Of a stretch of 13,923 nucleotides of DNA, positions 1 to 10,033 are shown piece after piece. Source of the stretch: Paraspadella gotoi (taxonomy: Eukaryota; Animalia; Chaetognatha); assembly GCA_051294375.1 (NCBI GenBank), contig JBJCIZ010000404.1, positions 1 to 13,923 of the forward strand, given 5' to 3'. Position 1 is the first letter of the stretch; the number at the start of each line of letters is the position of its first letter. A program made the position numbers and the translations under genes. The notes under the pieces were generated by a model, which was not told the origin of the DNA, ran no database searches, and saw nothing but the letters and a program-made list of their open reading frames with translations.

Positions 1-327
1 AAAAAAAAAATTTTGCTTACTAATTTTTTTTTGTATTATATGCTTGCAATTTTTGTTACATATGGTTGAAACATAGCTCATTTTTATTTTTAACTTTTTA
101 ATTATAGAATCCAAAAATATACTATAAAAGTTATCATATTATTTTTTTTCTTTCATGGTATATTATATGCCTGAAAGAAATAACCAAACTCGGGTATCCT
201 GTCAATCTTTTTATATTAAGATCGGACTAAGTAATAGACAAAAAGCATTGGCTAAGTTCAGGGTTTAAAAAGGGACTGGCCAGGAATAATGGGGATGTAA
301 TAAGCCTTTCCACTCACCCTGAATGAA

Positions 328-414
328 CCCTAATAAAAACCCTAACCCTAATTTATCTTACTTACGATCTTACGTCATTTACATCAAGCCATTTTTTTAG
401 CCCTAACCCTAACC
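328..414 (+). repeat. Short interstitial telomere-like CCCTAA units
   Basis: CCCTAA at 328-333, (CCCTAA)2 at 340-351, (CCCTAA)2CC at 401-414. Degenerate mirror copy (tagggttagg, tagggtt) at ~3840-3930. Confidence 0.7.
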
Positions 415-1111
415 TCTTTTCTCATGGCGTAACCCTTTGTAGACTTTTGCAACAAAAAGAACCCATTCGTGAAACTAGTCACATTCCATAAAAAACCTTT
501 AATTAGAAATCTACTTTGAAATTAAATTCAATATGAGAGCGAACGCTAGCGCGCCGTTATATATGTAATCAAGTTTCTTATCCATTGGAGTCTTGATAAT
601 TTAATGGGTACCATAGAGGCATGAAAAATCAACAGCATAGTAGATATTCCAGCCGGCTTTTGAGCCCGGGCACAGCGAACTGCAACTGATCTATAGTTCG
701 TAAACAATAATAATTAATTAGCCAAATTATGGCATTATAGAAAACGAAGAAGTTATCATTTGAAGCAGAATGAAATGGAATAATCAATAAGACGAACGAA
801 GGATTCATAAACCATTTATAGAGTTCAAAAAGGCCAGTCCGATGATCGCTATAGGAGAGGACTTGGGTGAGAACGAAGAGGTAACATCTTTGTATAAAAA
901 GCAAAGAACCATCTTGACGTAATGGTGGCGTGATCTGGAGCTTTACAGGATCTGTGTTTTTATTATTTTAATTGATATTTAAAAAAAATTCACGATCAAA
1001 AACACCTTGAGAGATGCGCAATTCCGTTTTAAACGCGCTTGTCGATCGGACTTTTAGCTTTGCTTAAATGATAGTCTGTACTCCAGCATGGAGTGGGACC
1101 TCCACTCTTCG

Positions 1112-1190
1112 TGGAGGCCGAGCCGGAGTCGAGCTTGAGCGCGCCGAAGCCGAGCCTTTTTTGCCGAGGCCGAGCTGAGCCGGGGAAGCC
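1112..1190 (+). repeat. Degenerate (GAGCC/GGAGCC)n GC-rich repeat cluster, possibly the subterminal region of a non-autonomous DNA transposon
   Basis: tggaggccgagccggagtcgagcttgagcgcgccgaagccgagcc...ccgaggccgagctgagccgg; inverted copy at ~4532-4617. The transposon origin is inference only. Confidence 0.5.
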
Positions 1191-1668
1191 AGAATTTTTT
1201 ATCCTGTCACTAACACATAACAATAATTACTGTACTTCAATACTGGATTTTTGTAATGTTATATACATGATCATACATTATTATTCATATAAGATATAAG
1301 TATAAGTATAGATAATAAGTCATAAAGGGATACTTTATTATGTCAGACTTTATAATTATAAAGAAATCTATATTATTGTGCGATCTTGCAGAGCAAAGCT
1401 TTTGAATATCAATATTTTGAAGGAAAAAAATATTTTAAAAGAAAAAATTTTGCTACTAATCTTTTTTTTTGTGACGGAGGCATTTTCGATGTCAGTAAAA
1501 AAGAACGAAAGAGCAACGGGACAAAAGGTAGAGAAGCTGGATTTCATCGTAATATAAAAGAGAGAGGGAGAAAACGTCGGAAGAGAAATCGTGCTGAAGA
1601 CCGGGACCGCAGGCGCCGTAATCACTTTCGGTCCGCGGCCCACCCCAAAATTGCAGAAAATCGATTAT

Positions 1669-1760
1669 TATCATATCAGAAACCTATAAGTTATGATTAA
1701 AAAAATGTCCCGTCCGGTCCTCATTCTGTCCTCCGCCCGTTAGGCAAATACTGCAATTAC
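1669..1760 (+). repeat. Diverged direct repeat, second copy at ~3149-3240
   Basis: tatcatatcagaa...ttatgat...aaaaaaatgtcccgtcc...ctgtcc...aaatac...caattac versus tatcatgtcagaa...ttatgat...aaaaaatgatgtccgtt..ctgtcc...aaatac.caattac. Confidence 0.55.
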
Positions 1761-2489
1761 GAACGGATAGTACTAGCAGTTCTCGTGAGAACTAAACTAT
1801 GCATGTTAAAAAAATTTCATTATTTTTTCATTTTTTATTATTTATTCATCGTAGTCATTACTCTGTGGGAGGAGTTGATGTTATAAAAATTATGCCAAGA
1901 AAGTCTTTTATGCTCTCAAGACTACCCAGATTAAAATAAGAAAATGGCCGTCAGATTCAAAACCTGAAAAGAAAGAAGATTGATTTGATCTGAAATGTGT
2001 GAGAACAACATATCGCCGTTAAGAAACAGATGCAGTCAGAATCTCCTTTGTTTAAGCTTGTCCGGGTTGATTATCCCAAAAACTGCTTAAACCATCTGAA
2101 TGTCCCATCTGTCTGATCTGTTCCATCTTTTTTCCTTGGTACCTGTTAACAGTCTTGATTTACGTATGTTTGGATAGAATGCGATTGAGTTTGAAATTTT
2201 GTCCGTGATTGAAAAAATAGGTTCATATAAGCTGAAATCAAGTTTCAACGGGAATCAGCGCTAGTGGAAGTAGTTTAAGTTAGAAGAAAGTAAAGATCAA
2301 TTTAGTTTATTAATTTAATTTATATTTTTTGCTGTAGGGTTTCCCGCACAGAAATGGCGTCCTCGCGTGTTGTTGTATATATACAGCTGTCCTCATCATC
2401 GAGACCTTGAATTTGGTGAGTAAAGTTATAAATATGTTTTTGTTTACCGTATTTATCAAACAAACAAATTCCTCCTTATTTATCTTTAT

Positions 2490-3040
2490 TCTCCTATTCT
2501 CTCTTTGTTCTCTTCCTAAGTGTATATGTAGCCTATCCCTCTCTCTCTCTTTCACCCCAGTGCTGATTCTATTCCGAAAAAAAACGAGTCGAAGTTGGCT
2601 CTCGCTGGGGCTCTGTGTTATCTTTTCCTCATCTCGACCGCGTTTTCTCTCCTGCTGCTTCTGCTGCCTGCCTTTCTGATTTCTTTCTTTTCTGGCTGCC
2701 TCTGCTGATGCCGCTGCTGATATCGGTCAGAAAACCGATTTGGCTCTCTCTCTCTCTCTCTCTTTCTCTCTCCTCTTTGCGTTTCGGCTCTCTCATGTGC
2801 TCTGTCTCACTCTCTCTCTCTTTCTTTTCCCATCTCTTTTTTCACGTTTGCGTCTGGAACTGGAATCAGTTATTTGCCAATGAATAAAGGTTTTCTCGCT
2901 GCCTCAGGGGAGCTGCTGCAGTCCTGGCGAGGTGGAAGGTGTTGGTTGAGTGGCCGAAGAACGATCTGGGCCTCTCTCTCTCTCCTTCCTCTCGCCAAAA
3001 CGGTTTTTATTTGCATTCATTCTTCTCACTGACTCTCTTT
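2490..3040. repeat. CT-rich low-complexity / (CT)n microsatellite region
   Basis: Several (CT)n runs (e.g. 2540-2549, 2744-2770, 2809-2821, 2972-2983) with CTG/CTGC interruptions. Confidence 0.8.
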
Positions 3041-3660
3041 TTATTTGTTCGGATCTGGCTTTCAGCAGATCCCGACTCGTATGTAATGTCAGCTTTGGTC
3101 CGGTTCCCGGGTCGGTCGCCCGATCAATCCCTTGACGGCATTCACTGATATCATGTCAGAACACTCGAATTATGATAAATTATCCAAAAAAAAAATGATG
3201 TCCGTTTCTGTCCCACCTTCAGCAAAAATACCAATTACTCGTGATTGGCCATGGATGTTATTGACTGATATTTTGTGTGTTGGGTAGGGAAGTGTTGGTG
3301 CTTGAGCTGGATATGAAGTTGTTGAGGAATTGCCTCCCAAGTAGAAATGGTTTAGAGAAAAAACAAAAAAATAGTATTTCCACTATTTGAACACCAATTA
3401 CTCATGAGTGGATGGCGATAATCAAAAGTTCGGATGGAATCGTTATGAGTTGGAACTGAGTTTGATTTTAAAAATGGAAAAAACAGAAGAACCTGTTTCG
3501 ACTAATTGATTATGCTTCTTTTTCGTTATTTTAAATGTAAATGCAAGATGTGATTAATTAATAAAATAATTAATAGTTAATTAATCAATTATCAATTAAT
3601 TTAACAATAATAAATACCTAAAAAGTAGACTTCAAGACTAAAGTTTTGAACCCCGAACCC

Positions 3661-5347
3661 TATTGAATTTGTAATTTTCAAAAGTGTTGTAATATTAAAG
3701 CGGTTTTGGTATGGAATGGTGACTAGTTTCACGAATGGGTTCTTTTTGTTTTTTTTTTTGGTTTTATTTTGTTTTTTTGAGTTCACTTGGTTTTAGTTGC
3801 AAAGTCGTACAAAGGAGTTACGCCATAGATAACGCGGTGTAGGGTTAGGCTAAAAAAATGGCTGACTGTAAAATGACGTAGTCGCTAAGTAAGATAACAT
3901 TAGGTGCGGTAGGGTTTTGATAGGGTTCATTCAGGTGAGTGCGAAAGGCGTTATTACATCCCCTCTTATTGCCGGCGCAGTCCCGTTTTTAAACCCTGAA
4001 CGTTAGCCCTCATGTCCTGTTGTCTATTACTATAGTTCCGATCTAATATAAAAAGATTGGACAGGGATACCACGAGTTTGGTTAATTTCTTTCAGGCAGT
4101 ATAATGTGTAGTAACCCATGAAGAAAAAAAATAAGTATGATAATTTCTATAGGTTATATTTTTGGATATCTTTGAATTAAAAAGGTTAAAGAAATAAAAA
4201 TGAAGCTATGTTTCAACCAGTATTGTTAAGCAAAAAAATTGGCAAGGCATATAATGACAAAAAAAAAGTTAGTAAGCAAAATTTTTTTTTTAAGAATATT
4301 TTTTCATTCAATATATTGATCAAAAGGCTTTGCCTCTGTACAAGATCTGCAAATAAATATAGATTCTTTACTTATAATAAAAATAAAAAGTATTATAGAT
4401 TATTATCTATTATTTACTTAATCTGCGTATATATATAATAAATGTATGATATGGTATTATAAATTACAAAAATCCGAGTATGAAGTACAGTAATTATTGT
4501 TATGTGTTAGTTGGACAGGATATAAAAATTTCTGGCTTCCCCTGGCTCCGAGCCTCGTGCCTCGGCAAAAAAGCTCGGCTTCGGCGGCTCAGCTTCCGAC
4601 TCTCCGGCTCGCTCCACAAGAGTGGAGGTCCCACATCCATGCTGGCAGTACAGACTATCATTAAGCTAAAGGGTCTAACATCCGTCCCAAAGGGTTTAAA
4701 ACGGAATTGCAGAACCACTCCTCTCAAGTGTTTTTTGATCGTGGAATTTTTTTTAAAATATCAATTAAAATAATAAAAAACACAGATCCTGTAAAGTCCC
4801 AGCACGACCATACGTGCAGGATGGCTGCTTTATTACAAAGTGTTTACTTTCGTTTCTCACCCCGAATGCTCCTCTCATAGCGATCATCTGGGCACTGGCC
4901 CCTTGTTTGAACTCTATAAAGGTTTAGTGAATCCTGTCGTCGTCTTATTGTATTATTCCATTCCTACTTTCCTGTGCCTTCTAAATGATAACTTCTCTCG
5001 TTTTCTATAGATGCTCATAACTTTGGCCATAATTATTATTATTGGTTTAGAATAGTAGATCAGTGTGCAGTTGCTGGCCCGGGCTCAAAAGCCCGGCGCT
5101 GGAATATCTATATGGCTGTGATTTTTCATCCTCATGGTACCCATTAAATATCAAGACGTTCCAACGCGATAACGAAACTGTAGTAAACTTTACGAGCGCT
5201 GGCGGCTCCCGGTCCTTCCAGCCACGATTTCATCTGTTACCGACGTTTTCTCCCTCTCTCGTTAATTACGATGAAATCAGCTCTCTACCTTTGTCCCGTT
5301 GCTCTTTCGTTTCTTTTTTACTGACATTCGACCAAATGCCTCCGTTC
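3661..5347 (-). repeat. Right arm of the inverted duplication (reads C-B-A on the minus strand)
   Basis: Reverse complement of 1-1620 as described above, with blocks contiguous in the order C,B,A. Confidence 0.92.
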
Positions 5348-6099
5348 TAGCATCGCAGCGACATCTTTAGGCTCTCTCTTTTGTTTTTATTCTATGCCTA
5401 CATAAGTACAGAAATTTGCCGAAGGCAGTGTTACAGCTGAATTCCTGAGTTGGTTCCTGATTTCGATGGATTTCGACTCAGATAATTTGGGAATTCTGTC
5501 CAACGTGGGTGATCTTCTGATCAGTAAAAAGGTGTCCACCCTGCTCGTTGTTAGTTCCTTTTCAGAGCTCTTTAAGACACAATGAAAATAACCCGTGCCG
5601 TTACTGTCTCGTGGCTTGATTTTGTCCCTTTATAAGTTGGTGTTCGTGAGCCAAATTACATTGATTGATTACTTTTGGTACTTATGTGCGAACTATAACT
5701 ACTGGATATTACTGGTGTCTGACCAAAATACCCTTGTGAACCAGTGCAACAAGAAAAGCTGACTAGTCGAAAAATAGTAGTTAAAAAAATTTGTAGCAAT
5801 ATAGGCTCGAAAGCGCTTACAAAAATTTTAGACCATTGCTTTGTCTATAAATGCCAAAACACAAAGTATTTATGATTATTAAAACAAAATATTTAACGAT
5901 AATTAAGTAGTTAACCGAAAGCCAAGATGAATTATTTTTACATCAGTCATTTTTTCGAATTAAATAATATAAAAATCATATGGTTTGTAATAGTCAATTA
6001 ATCTAGATAATAAATATGATAAATTCATTTTCAATTTTTTTATGAATGGGAAGTTTCTCTCCTGCTGTACTCCCTTGTGTTTAATTATCTATATTTTGA

Positions 6100-6124
6100 N
6101 NNNNNNNNNNNNNNNNNNNNNNNN
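6100..6124. other. Assembly gap, exactly 25 N
   Basis: Counted N run. Confidence 0.99.
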
Positions 6125-6443
6125 ATTATAGAGTCGGAATCTGCTGATAAGCAAATCCGACTAAAAATCGTTTTAGTTTCATCCTAATTAGGGCTGATAA
6201 CGTAATTAGAATGATGGTCGTAAAAGAAATCATGTCTTACTTTATTTTGAAAGCTTAGAAATTCACCTAATGAGTTCTATGTTATAAGGAAAAGATAACT
6301 ATAGCCAACCGTTTTTTTAAATGAAAAATTTTTCATATTTTTCCGTGAGAACAAAAGAAATAATAATTAATTAAGTTCCATTTTCATTGTTGAAAATATC
6401 CGAATCAAAATCACTGCCCATAATTTTTTTTTCTTTTCAATAG

Positions 6444-6525
6444 GAACACGATGAATTTAATCAGCAAAGAAACGGATTTCTTAACATCAACGACACTAGC
6501 GATGAAGGCAAGAAAAAGGAAGAGA
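6444..6525 (+). CDS. CTSL: Cathepsin L-like protease, propeptide exon (EHDEFNQQRNGFLNINDTSDEGKKKEE + 1 nt)
   Basis: Strong acceptor ttttttttttcttttcaatAG (AG 6442-6443). Translation matches the xxEEFxxxxNGF segment following the NxFxD motif of cathepsin L propeptides. GT donor at 6526 (or GC at 6508) is phase 1 and joins in frame with 9702. Not in the ORF track. Symbol is family-level only. Confidence 0.75.
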
Positions 6526-7259
6526 GTATGATGCTTTCCACGATTGGGATTAAATATATTAAAATTTTTTAGTTGTTTGTGAAGGCGTTGCTAGGGTCAT
6601 TGACCGGTCAGTTAATTGGTAAATGGCGAGTTTGTTGACTTGATATTTATTATTATATGGGGCATACGGAATTTAAATAGAGCTATATGCTAATTAGATT
6701 CACGAACCTATATACTTGGGTGAAGTGAAAGTTTGTAATTAAAATTTAGCAGTTATATCTTGAAAACTATCATATTAGTGAATACTAATCTGTAGTTATT
6801 TTTCTTTTTTTTACTAATAAAGTAGCCCAGTCTGCTTATTTTGTATATAGTGCTACCCTTAAAGGGGTGGGATCATACATCGAGACAAAATTAAAAAATT
6901 TAAAACGCTTAATTAGAGATGCGCATCGTTCGAATCGAAGCTCCGATCAAGATTCCTTTATATTTCACTTCTATTCAAAACTGCATAGTCAAGGCCAAAA
7001 CAAATTATGTCAATATGGGCAGATTTCGAAAGCTTGGCGTCTTGGGAAGCCAATGGAGGTAGAGCGCGATCGAAATTCCCATTTTATCATGCCCAAAAAT
7101 GGTATTTAAATGGACTGGTCAGGCCGTTTTTTCCCTATACCAAGAAAACCTCTTGGCTCTTGAGTAAAAAAGACCAAATCTTACATATCAGTACAGTTTC
7201 CAAAACCTTATTGTCTTCTCTACATGATGAAAAAAAGCAAAATTAAAATTCTTGCAATC

Positions 7260-8047
7260 TTAATTGCTTGATAAAGCATTCAAATGAACTGGTTTTTTAG
7301 GTGAAAACTGCAGTCATTGACTGCACAATGTGCACATTGTGCATTGAAATTCATCAAATTTTTGATGGGGTAGCGGTTGTCTTTTGTGACTGCATTCAGT
7401 CGCCGCAAATCTGAGTGAGCCGTCCAGGTTTTTTTACCACATGTAGTGGTATGCCAAGCACTCTTGCTCTTTCTGCCCAGCTTCTCCATTTTGCAAATTC
7501 TTCTTTGGCTGATTTGAGTTTGTCAGGTGCAAGTCGGCGTCCTTAGGAATGGAGCGGACCGGTTGGAATATGGTGCTTTCTAACCATGCTTGGTCTTTGA
7601 CGGTCAAATCTGAGCTGATGAGTTCTGGGCGTTCGTCAAGTCAATTTGAAAATAGGCGTATTAGACTGTGTTGACTCTGAAGAGGCCTGTCGGGTAGGAT
7701 TTGCCTGTGATTGTTAAAAAAATCGTCAGAACTATGACGTAGCTCCAAGAATAGGGGGGTGGTAACATCAGCACAGTACGCGTTGTTAGTGCGTATGTGC
7801 GTTTTCTAGTGCTGATAGTTGATTTGTTTGGTGCCATAGAAAGAGATTGGAGACCCGTTTGCAGCATGAAGTTGAGGCATGGAGCCACCGCAAAGCTTTC
7901 TGATGGCCAAAGCGCCATCAAAGTGACGCTTGCACCACTGTCCACAAGCCATGTTATGTTGTTGTTGTTGTCGTACACGTACAGTAAGGGTTCTATACTA
8001 CCAGCAGCAGCGTTTACTGCTTCCGGCTGCTGGTTCGGCTGTTTCCC
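7260..8047 (-). pseudogene. pol: Gypsy pol fragment: aspartic protease and N-terminal reverse transcriptase, frameshifted and truncated before YxDD
   Basis: LLYVYDNNNNITWLVDSGASVTL (ORF 7661-8278). Frameshifted continuations MPQLHAANGSPISFYGTK and ADVTTP. RT motifs at ~7350-7580 and a degenerate NAFxQ near 7270. Confidence 0.85.
7981..8047 (-). promoter_or_regulatory. Programmed -1 ribosomal frameshift signal (G GGA AAC + 6-nt spacer + stem-loop/possible pseudoknot)
   Basis: Heptamer 8047-8041 is in the gag frame; gag stop TAA at 8016-8014; protease is in the -1 frame. 9-bp stem ACCAGCAGC (8034-8026) / GCTGCTGGT (8008-8000). Confidence 0.75.
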
Positions 8048-8910
8048 CGCTTGCATCCTGGGTAGCATTTGATTGCTCAGTCTCCGAATGTCCGGTGATA
8101 GAAACAGTCCATTTACCAGGTCAGGTGAGAAGTTGAAGGAGTTGTTGGTTGGTCGGCGGGCTAATGTGGTGCTGCTGTTGTTGGGGAAATTGCGCTGCTG
8201 TATTGTTGTTGACCTTCTGTAGCCAGGGTGGACCTGTGTCCTGGGCGTAGTTGGCCACGTCTGGAATTCGCGGCACACACGTTGGCGTACGTGCGTGGAG
8301 GTACATCCTCTGTGGTGGATGTGTCATCCGCCAAGTCGGGCGCATACTCATCACACTCCGAGTCAGACAGTTCGTCATCGAAGATGCCCCATCTATTGGA
8401 GGTGTCGACATGATTGACAACTTTTCCAATTGGTTTTGAGGTGATCTGAAGATCACCTTGGCCGAGTAAACGCATCTGCCTTCTTGGCGATCGTTTCCGT
8501 CTCTTCCCCATCGCTGACTACCCTTCCGGCCACATGGGCTGGGAGGACCTCAGCCAGGATCGCAGGGATTCGACCTCGGCGCGCAGTGCGGCCACAAACG
8601 TGCGTCCTGCGAGGGAGTGGTGACCAAGAAGTTTTTGTGCCTTTTGCCAAGGCTTTTCGGTGAAAAGCTCAGTTAGCTGCTTTTTCAAGCTTGGTACCCG
8701 CCTGAGACAGAGTGGTCATCAGTATAAAAACTTCTGACCAACACCTGATGCTCCTGCAGGACTGCGCCCAGAAGGTGCATCTTTTTGTGCTGTTCATCGA
8801 CGACTGCAGCGAGGCGGAAACTCCCCTCGACTGCAGCGAATGTTGCCAACATCAAAAGGCGGCAACTTGGGTGTTTTGGACTGGTTGGTGCTTTGCGCCT
8901 GATAATCCAT
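8014..8910 (-). pseudogene. gag: CsRn1-type gag, disrupted
   Basis: ATG at 8910 gives MDYQAQSTNQSKTPKLPPFD. Frameshifted continuation RLAAVVDEQHKKMHLLGAVLQ...KKQLTELFTEKPWQKAQKLLGHHSLAGR...VLPAHV...IAKKADAF. C-terminal CFYHRTFGD*AIKCYPGC with TGA at 8079-8077. Confidence 0.8.
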
Positions 8911-9427
8911 GGGTGTTGGTGCGTAGGAGGAGGCTCCCACCACGTCGATGTTGTCTGGGTGGCTTTGACCAGCGAACTGGCATAATCTGACTGAGGTTGC
9001 CTGTGGATCTTTCCGGCATCGCCTGCGGCGCCTGCTGTGCTGCCAAGAGTTTTTGAAGCTGTGATGTAAGGTATTCTATAGATACCTTCACACTCTTGTT
9101 GAAACTTTCCTGCTTTGCCCCCAGACCTAAAATCCTGTTGTTGAAGGTGGTGATAAGCCCATTTGATGATCCTGGTACAGTCCTGGATCGGGGGGGCGTG
9201 AAAATGATCTTTACCCTGGTTTGGTCGCCACGCGGCGTCTTGAAGGCGTCATCTTGATCCGGCGATGGTGGTGGTGATGAGGTTGGTGTGGAGTCATCGA
9301 CGGTGATGGTGGGTGGTGTGACGACGTCCTCTGTGCAGCGTCGTTTGAGGTTCTCAGCTGATGGTGAGGTGGATGCGCGGCGTGCTCCACGTCTTTGAGG
9401 GGCTTCAAAATCCAAGAGATGACCCAT
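8852..9427 (-). CDS. 191-aa uninterrupted ORF upstream of and overlapping gag (S/T/P-rich N-half, helical/Q-rich segment); extra ORF or frameshifted Gag N-terminal extension
   Basis: ORF track. ATG start, same strand and GC-rich composition as the element. No homology recognised. Confidence 0.35.
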   Translation of the reverse strand: MGHLLDFEAPQRRGARRASTSPSAENLKRRCTEDVVTPPTITVDDSTPTSSPPPSPDQDDAFKTPRGDQTRVKIIFTPPRSRTVPGSSNGLITTFNNRILGLGAKQESFNKSVKVSIEYLTSQLQKLLAAQQAPQAMPERSTGNLSQIMPVRWSKPPRQHRRGGSLLLRTNTHGLSGAKHQPVQNTQVAAF

Positions 9428-9661
9428 ATTGTCTGTGAATATGCGCTAAAAAATTTGCTAAATCTGTGCCGTACAGATGAGTCAAAATTTTTCAATCTTT
9501 CTAATCAAAGGGAAAATTCTGAAAGAAAAATTTTTGCGTAATCATTCTATAGCAATAGAGGTAGCAAAATTTGTCATAAAACTTATTTTCACATCACTCT
9601 ACACTCTACACCATTAAATTATCATTTATCCTTAATTTAAAAAGAATTAGCTAAACAATAG

Positions 9662-9937
<276 letters not shown>

Positions 9938-10033
9938 TAAACTGAATCTTGTGATTCTTCAAATATGAATGTGTGGCAGGAATTAATCAGACGAAATAAC
10001 ATAACAATAACAATATAAGACGCTAAGTCGAAG

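Larger units (their letters stand above)
1..1620 (+). repeat. Left arm of a large inverted duplication (blocks A 1-533, B ~535-1470, C 1472-1620)
   Basis: Manual comparison. A matches the reverse complement of 3661-4291 (e.g. gtgaaactagtca vs tgactagtttcac). B matches rc of ~4256-5210 (gtgggacctccactct vs agagtggaggtcccac). C matches rc of ~5190-5347 (gaaagagcaacgggacaaa vs tttgtcccgttgctctttc). Differences are mostly 1-2 nt indels. Confidence 0.92.
7260..9500 (-). mobile_element. Decayed, 3'-truncated Ty3/Gypsy LTR-retrotransposon internal region, CsRn1-like, antisense inside a cathepsin intron
   Basis: Minus-strand order: KLPPF gag (8854-8868), CX2HX9CX3C knuckle (8053-8106), GGGAAAC (8041-8047), LVDSGA protease (7931-7948), LHAANGSPI, HHIPTGP..RRLAPDKLKSAKEEF, DLRRLNAVTKDNRYPI (RT N-terminus). 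GC content is higher than the flanks. Boundaries approximate; no LTR/PBS found. Confidence 0.88.

Noticed and set aside
629-5350. Short ORFs in the track across the duplicated and CT-rich region
   Set aside because: No recognisable motifs; frames are not conserved between the two arms; low-complexity or non-ATG starts.
5411-5583. Open stretch KFAEGSVTAEFLSW... as a candidate upstream cathepsin propeptide exon
   Set aside because: Only KFAEGSVT resembles the HN..Y..G..T segment; no following NxFxD motif and no ERFNIN pattern.
6859-7260. TTAA-AGGGG start suggesting a Kolobok/piggyBac-type non-autonomous element; 9-bp inverted match TGGGATCAT with 13804-13812
   Set aside because: No convincing partner TIR with TTAA; a 9-bp match 7 kb away is expected by chance.
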